A program made the position numbers and the translations under genes. A stretch of 64,000 bases of DNA, taken from Gemmatimonadales bacterium (GTDB taxonomy: Bacteria > Gemmatimonadota > Gemmatimonadetes > Gemmatimonadales > GWC2-71-9). Positions 61,150 to 64,000 of the stretch are shown here, one piece after another. The notes under the pieces were generated by a model that saw only the letters and a program-made list of their open reading frames with translations, ran no database searches and was not told where the DNA came from. Within the stretch, counting starts at the first letter, position 1. Each line of letters begins with the position of its first letter. Where the stretch lies: positions 21,189 to 85,188 of the forward strand of contig DASQIZ010000116.1 of assembly GCA_035631315.1 (NCBI GenBank), in the 5' to 3' direction.

Positions 61150-63171
61150 ATGTGTAAACCTCTACTACTGCTTACCCTCGTCGCGCCTGTGCTTGCTGCG
61201 CAGGTGCGTGTGGCCTCTCCCGACGGCAAGAACCAGGTCACCCTGCAGATCGACAGCGTCGGCCATCTCCGGTACTCCCTGTCCCGAAACGGCCAGGAGC
61301 TCGTTCAACCCTCACTGCTGGGCATGCAGTTCACCGGACAGCCCGCCTTGCGGGATTCGCTTCGGATCGCGGACACGACCAGAGCCACACACGACGAAAC
61401 GTGGACTCAACCGTGGGGCGAGCTGTCGCGCGTCCGCGAGCACTACAACGAAATCTCCGCATCAGTCGAGGAGAGAACGGCACCGAACCGAAAATTCGTC
61501 GTGCGCGTCCGCGTGTTCGACGACGGGATCGGCTTCCGGTACGAATTCCCCGAGCAGCCGGCGCTGGGAGCATTCTCGATATCGGACGAGCTGACCGAGT
61601 TCTCGCTGGCAGATAATGGAAAGGCCTGGTGGATCCCGTCCAACCGGCCGAGGCTCGATCGGTCGGAGTTTCTCTTCTCGTCGTCGCCGGTGAGCATCAT
61701 CGACAGCGTGCAGACTCCGCTGACGATCGAGAACACCGACGGCCATACCGTGATGGTGATTCACGAGGCGGATCTCGAGGACTATGCCCGGATGTTCCTG
61801 GCGGGTCCGCGGATGGAAAGCCGTACGCTTCGCGTCGCCCTCGCGCCGATGCATGACGGCATCAAGGTCCGCGGCCACACCCCCTTCAACACGCCGTGGC
61901 GCACCATCCAGGTCGCCGACTCGGTCACCCAGCTCGCTCCGTCGGTCCTGGGCCTCAACCTCAATCCTCCCAACGTTCTGCCGAGTACCTCCTGGATCAA
62001 ACCGATGAAATACGTCGGCATCTGGTGGGCCATGCACCTTGGCATCTACACCTGGGCCACCGGCGCCAGGCATGGCGCGACGACCGCACGGGCGAAGGAG
62101 TACATCGATTTCGCAGCAGCGAACGGCTTCGGCGGCGTGCTGGTGGAGGGGTGGAACGTCGGCTGGGATGGTGACTGGATCAAGAATGGCGGCCAGTTCT
62201 CGTTCACCCAGCCGAACCCCGACTACGATCTCCCCGAGGTCGCCCGGTACGCCGAGTCGAAAGGCGTAGCGCTGATCGTCCATAACGAGACGTCTGGCGG
62301 CATCGTGAATTACGAGCGCCAGATGGACTCCGCCTTCACGCTCTACCAGTCCCTCGGCGTCCACGCCATCAAGACCGGGTATGTGACCGACACCATCGCC
62401 AACGGTGACTCGCACTACTCGCAGACGATGGTCAGGCATTATCGGCACGTGGTCGAGGAAGCCGCGAAACACGAGATCACGGTCGACGCTCACGAGCCGA
62501 TGCACGACACCGGCGAACGCCGGACCTACCCCAACTTCGTGTCGCGCGAAGGCGCCCGCGGGCAGGAGTACAATGCCTGGGGCGGCGAGGGAGGGAACCC
62601 GCCCGAGCACGAGACGATCCTCTTCTTCACGCGGATGCTCGACGGGCCCTTCGACCAGACTCCCGGGATCTTCGACATTCTCGAGAAGTCGAGTGGGCAT
62701 CCGCATACGAACGAAGACGCGCGTGTGCGGACGACCGTCGCCCGTCAGCTCGCCCACTACGTCGTTCTGTACTCGCCCGTCGAAATGGCCGCCGACCTTC
62801 CCGAGAACTACAAGAACCAGCCGGCATTTCAGTTCATCAAGGACGTCGCCGTCGATTGGGACACGACTCGCGTACTCGCCGCCAAGATCGGCGACTACGT
62901 CGCGGTCGTCCGGAAAGAGCGCGGCGGCCCCGACTGGTTCCTCGGCGCCATCACCGACGAGAACGCACGGACACTCGACGTTTCGCTTTCGTTCCTCACG
63001 GCGGGCAAACAATACGTCGCCGACATCTACGCCGACGGTCCCGGCGCTGACTGGCGCACGAACCCCTACCCCGTCACGATCACCCACCGTCCGGTGACCA
63101 GCACCACTCGCCTCTCGATCAGGGTGGCGCCCGGGGGCGGTCAGGCGATTCGCATTCACCCCGCGCCTTGA
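61150..63171 (+). CDS. GH97 alpha-glucosidase (SusB-like)
   Basis: Signal MCKPLLLLTLVAPVLAAQ. The GH97 pattern is present (IKPMKYVGIWWAMH, FGGVLVEGWNVGW, REGARGQEYNAWG). Confidence 0.9.
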   Translation: MCKPLLLLTLVAPVLAAQVRVASPDGKNQVTLQIDSVGHLRYSLSRNGQELVQPSLLGMQFTGQPALRDSLRIADTTRATHDETWTQPWGELSRVREHYNEISASVEERTAPNRKFVVRVRVFDDGIGFRYEFPEQPALGAFSISDELTEFSLADNGKAWWIPSNRPRLDRSEFLFSSSPVSIIDSVQTPLTIENTDGHTVMVIHEADLEDYARMFLAGPRMESRTLRVALAPMHDGIKVRGHTPFNTPWRTIQVADSVTQLAPSVLGLNLNPPNVLPSTSWIKPMKYVGIWWAMHLGIYTWATGARHGATTARAKEYIDFAAANGFGGVLVEGWNVGWDGDWIKNGGQFSFTQPNPDYDLPEVARYAESKGVALIVHNETSGGIVNYERQMDSAFTLYQSLGVHAIKTGYVTDTIANGDSHYSQTMVRHYRHVVEEAAKHEITVDAHEPMHDTGERRTYPNFVSREGARGQEYNAWGGEGGNPPEHETILFFTRMLDGPFDQTPGIFDILEKSSGHPHTNEDARVRTTVARQLAHYVVLYSPVEMAADLPENYKNQPAFQFIKDVAVDWDTTRVLAAKIGDYVAVVRKERGGPDWFLGAITDENARTLDVSLSFLTAGKQYVADIYADGPGADWRTNPYPVTITHRPVTSTTRLSIRVAPGGGQAIRIHPAP

Positions 63172-63175
63172 GCCC

Positions 63176-64000
63176 ATGGAGGACTTGAGCGCCCTGCACG
63201 CCCTCGCCGCCGAGCTGGGCGTCAGCACCAGCTACGTCGACGGCCTGGCACGACCCGTCACGCCTTCCGCAGAGACACTCGTGCGGGTGTGCGCCGCCCT
63301 CGGCGCCCCGGTCACGGGACCGCATGATGCCGGCGAGGCCCTCCGCGCCGTCCAGGACGCGAAGCGGCATCAGGCCACGCCCGTGCGCATCGCCTGGGAT
63401 GGCGAGCCGTCCGGGTACGACACCGACGGTGACACCACCATTATTTCGGCGCCCGCCGCGGCCTGGCGACGAGGTGAAGGGCGGAAGAGCTGGGGCGTCA
63501 GCGCTCAGCTGGCAGCCCTCCGGTCCACGAGATCCCGCACGTTCGGAGACCTGCGGGATCTCGAAGCCCTGTGTGCGTGGCTGCGCGCGTTGGGTGGTGA
63601 CGTGGTCACGCTCCTGCCCCTGCTTCCCACCTTCAATACTTCTCCTGCCGAGCCGAGTCCGTATTCGCCGGTGAGCCGGCTGTTCTGGTCCGAGCTCCTG
63701 CTCGACCTCGGCGACGGTCACCATCGGACCGCACCGAATGGCCGGCTCGATGTCGTGGCAGCTGCTGCAGAAGTCCGCGCGGCGCTCGCGTCATACGGTC
63801 CGCCCGATCCATCGGAAGTGGATGCCGAGCTTGCTCGATACGCGCGTTTCCGCGGTGCACAGGCGAGACTGGGACGGGACTGGCGAAGCTGGCCAGGCGC
63901 AGCCCGGGCCGGGAATGTCGCGACCGATCAAGTCGACCCGGATGAAGAGCGGTTTCATCTGGTCGCCCAAACGCTCGCCCGTCAGCAGCTTACGGACCTG
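63176..64000 (+). CDS. malQ: 4-alpha-glucanotransferase (GH77, MalQ-like), cut by window end
   Basis: Not in the track because it is open at the window edge. ATG 63176. Translation includes SWGVSAQLAALRS...FGDLRDLEAL...LLPLLP...SPYSPVSRLFW, the amylomaltase N-terminal catalytic pattern. Confidence 0.8.
   Translation, partial: MEDLSALHALAAELGVSTSYVDGLARPVTPSAETLVRVCAALGAPVTGPHDAGEALRAVQDAKRHQATPVRIAWDGEPSGYDTDGDTTIISAPAAAWRRGEGRKSWGVSAQLAALRSTRSRTFGDLRDLEALCAWLRALGGDVVTLLPLLPTFNTSPAEPSPYSPVSRLFWSELLLDLGDGHHRTAPNGRLDVVAAAAEVRAALASYGPPDPSEVDAELARYARFRGAQARLGRDWRSWPGAARAGNVATDQVDPDEERFHLVAQTLARQQLTDL

Noticed and set aside
1-64000. Search for tRNA, rRNA, CRISPR arrays, transposases, integrases, phage or toxin-antitoxin/defence genes
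   Set aside because: None was recognised by eye. Intergenic regions are short, and none shows tRNA-like GTTCRANYC arms or regularly spaced direct repeats. A covariance-model scan (tRNAscan-SE, Infernal/Rfam) and DefenseFinder or PADLOC would be the decisive checks.

Overview
High-GC (roughly two-thirds G+C by eye), gene-dense bacterial chromosomal window with about 54 protein-coding genes. I saw no rRNA, tRNA, CRISPR array, transposase or integrase. The domain mix is SusC/SusD in a high-GC genome, Ser/Thr kinases with PEGA or TolB-like ectodomains, M56-HEAT fusions, an ECF41 sigma factor and many secreted peptidases. This looks Gemmatimonadota- or Acidobacteriota-like, which is inference only. 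Many supplied ORFs are antisense shadows or over-extended N-termini, and I trimmed starts where a signal peptide, an SD sequence or a 4-nt stop/start overlap supported it.

Main blocks:
- 2-4249: a lipoprotein / TPR-HD-GYP / lipoprotein operon, divergent from a sigma-54 activator with a degenerate receiver.
- 4224-11616: a six-gene minus-strand operon of creatininase-family, KPR-family, SDR, M20 dipeptidase, APC permease and CocE/NonD genes. Five junctions in a row are ATGA overlaps or an 11-nt gap.
- 11739-13839: an ECF41/SigJ sigma, CMD and DUF4440 module.
- 13836-17964: two-component genes.
- 18211-21789: a coupled Ig-lipoprotein / zinc-ribbon-kinase-PEGA / TPR-Ig-TM / barrel-like operon.
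- 21868-24755: a GT2 / YdjC deacetylase / GT87 envelope glycosylation cluster.
- 24863-32355: an M1 peptidase / Tat-exported PLP enzyme / kinase-TolB / M1-like string.
- 32324-43191: MarR-GNAT, PadR, a hybrid kinase, Tat-MsrB, TIGR03118-like and PEBP genes.
- 43269-46974: a BlaI / BlaR1(M56)-HEAT / secreted HEAT operon.
- 46983-48872: an LRR protein.
- 50268-64000: a Sus-like starch utilisation locus.

Best candidates for something undescribed:
- The BlaI/BlaR1-type system, in which HEAT repeats replace the penicillin-binding sensor and a secreted HEAT partner follows.
- A two-copy REPIN-like double-hairpin repeat with a compensatory stem substitution.
- The six-gene coupled amidohydrolase/peptidase operon.
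- A recurrent AGGG-N3-CCCT motif in four intergenic sites.

Novelty cannot be established without database searches, which I could not run.
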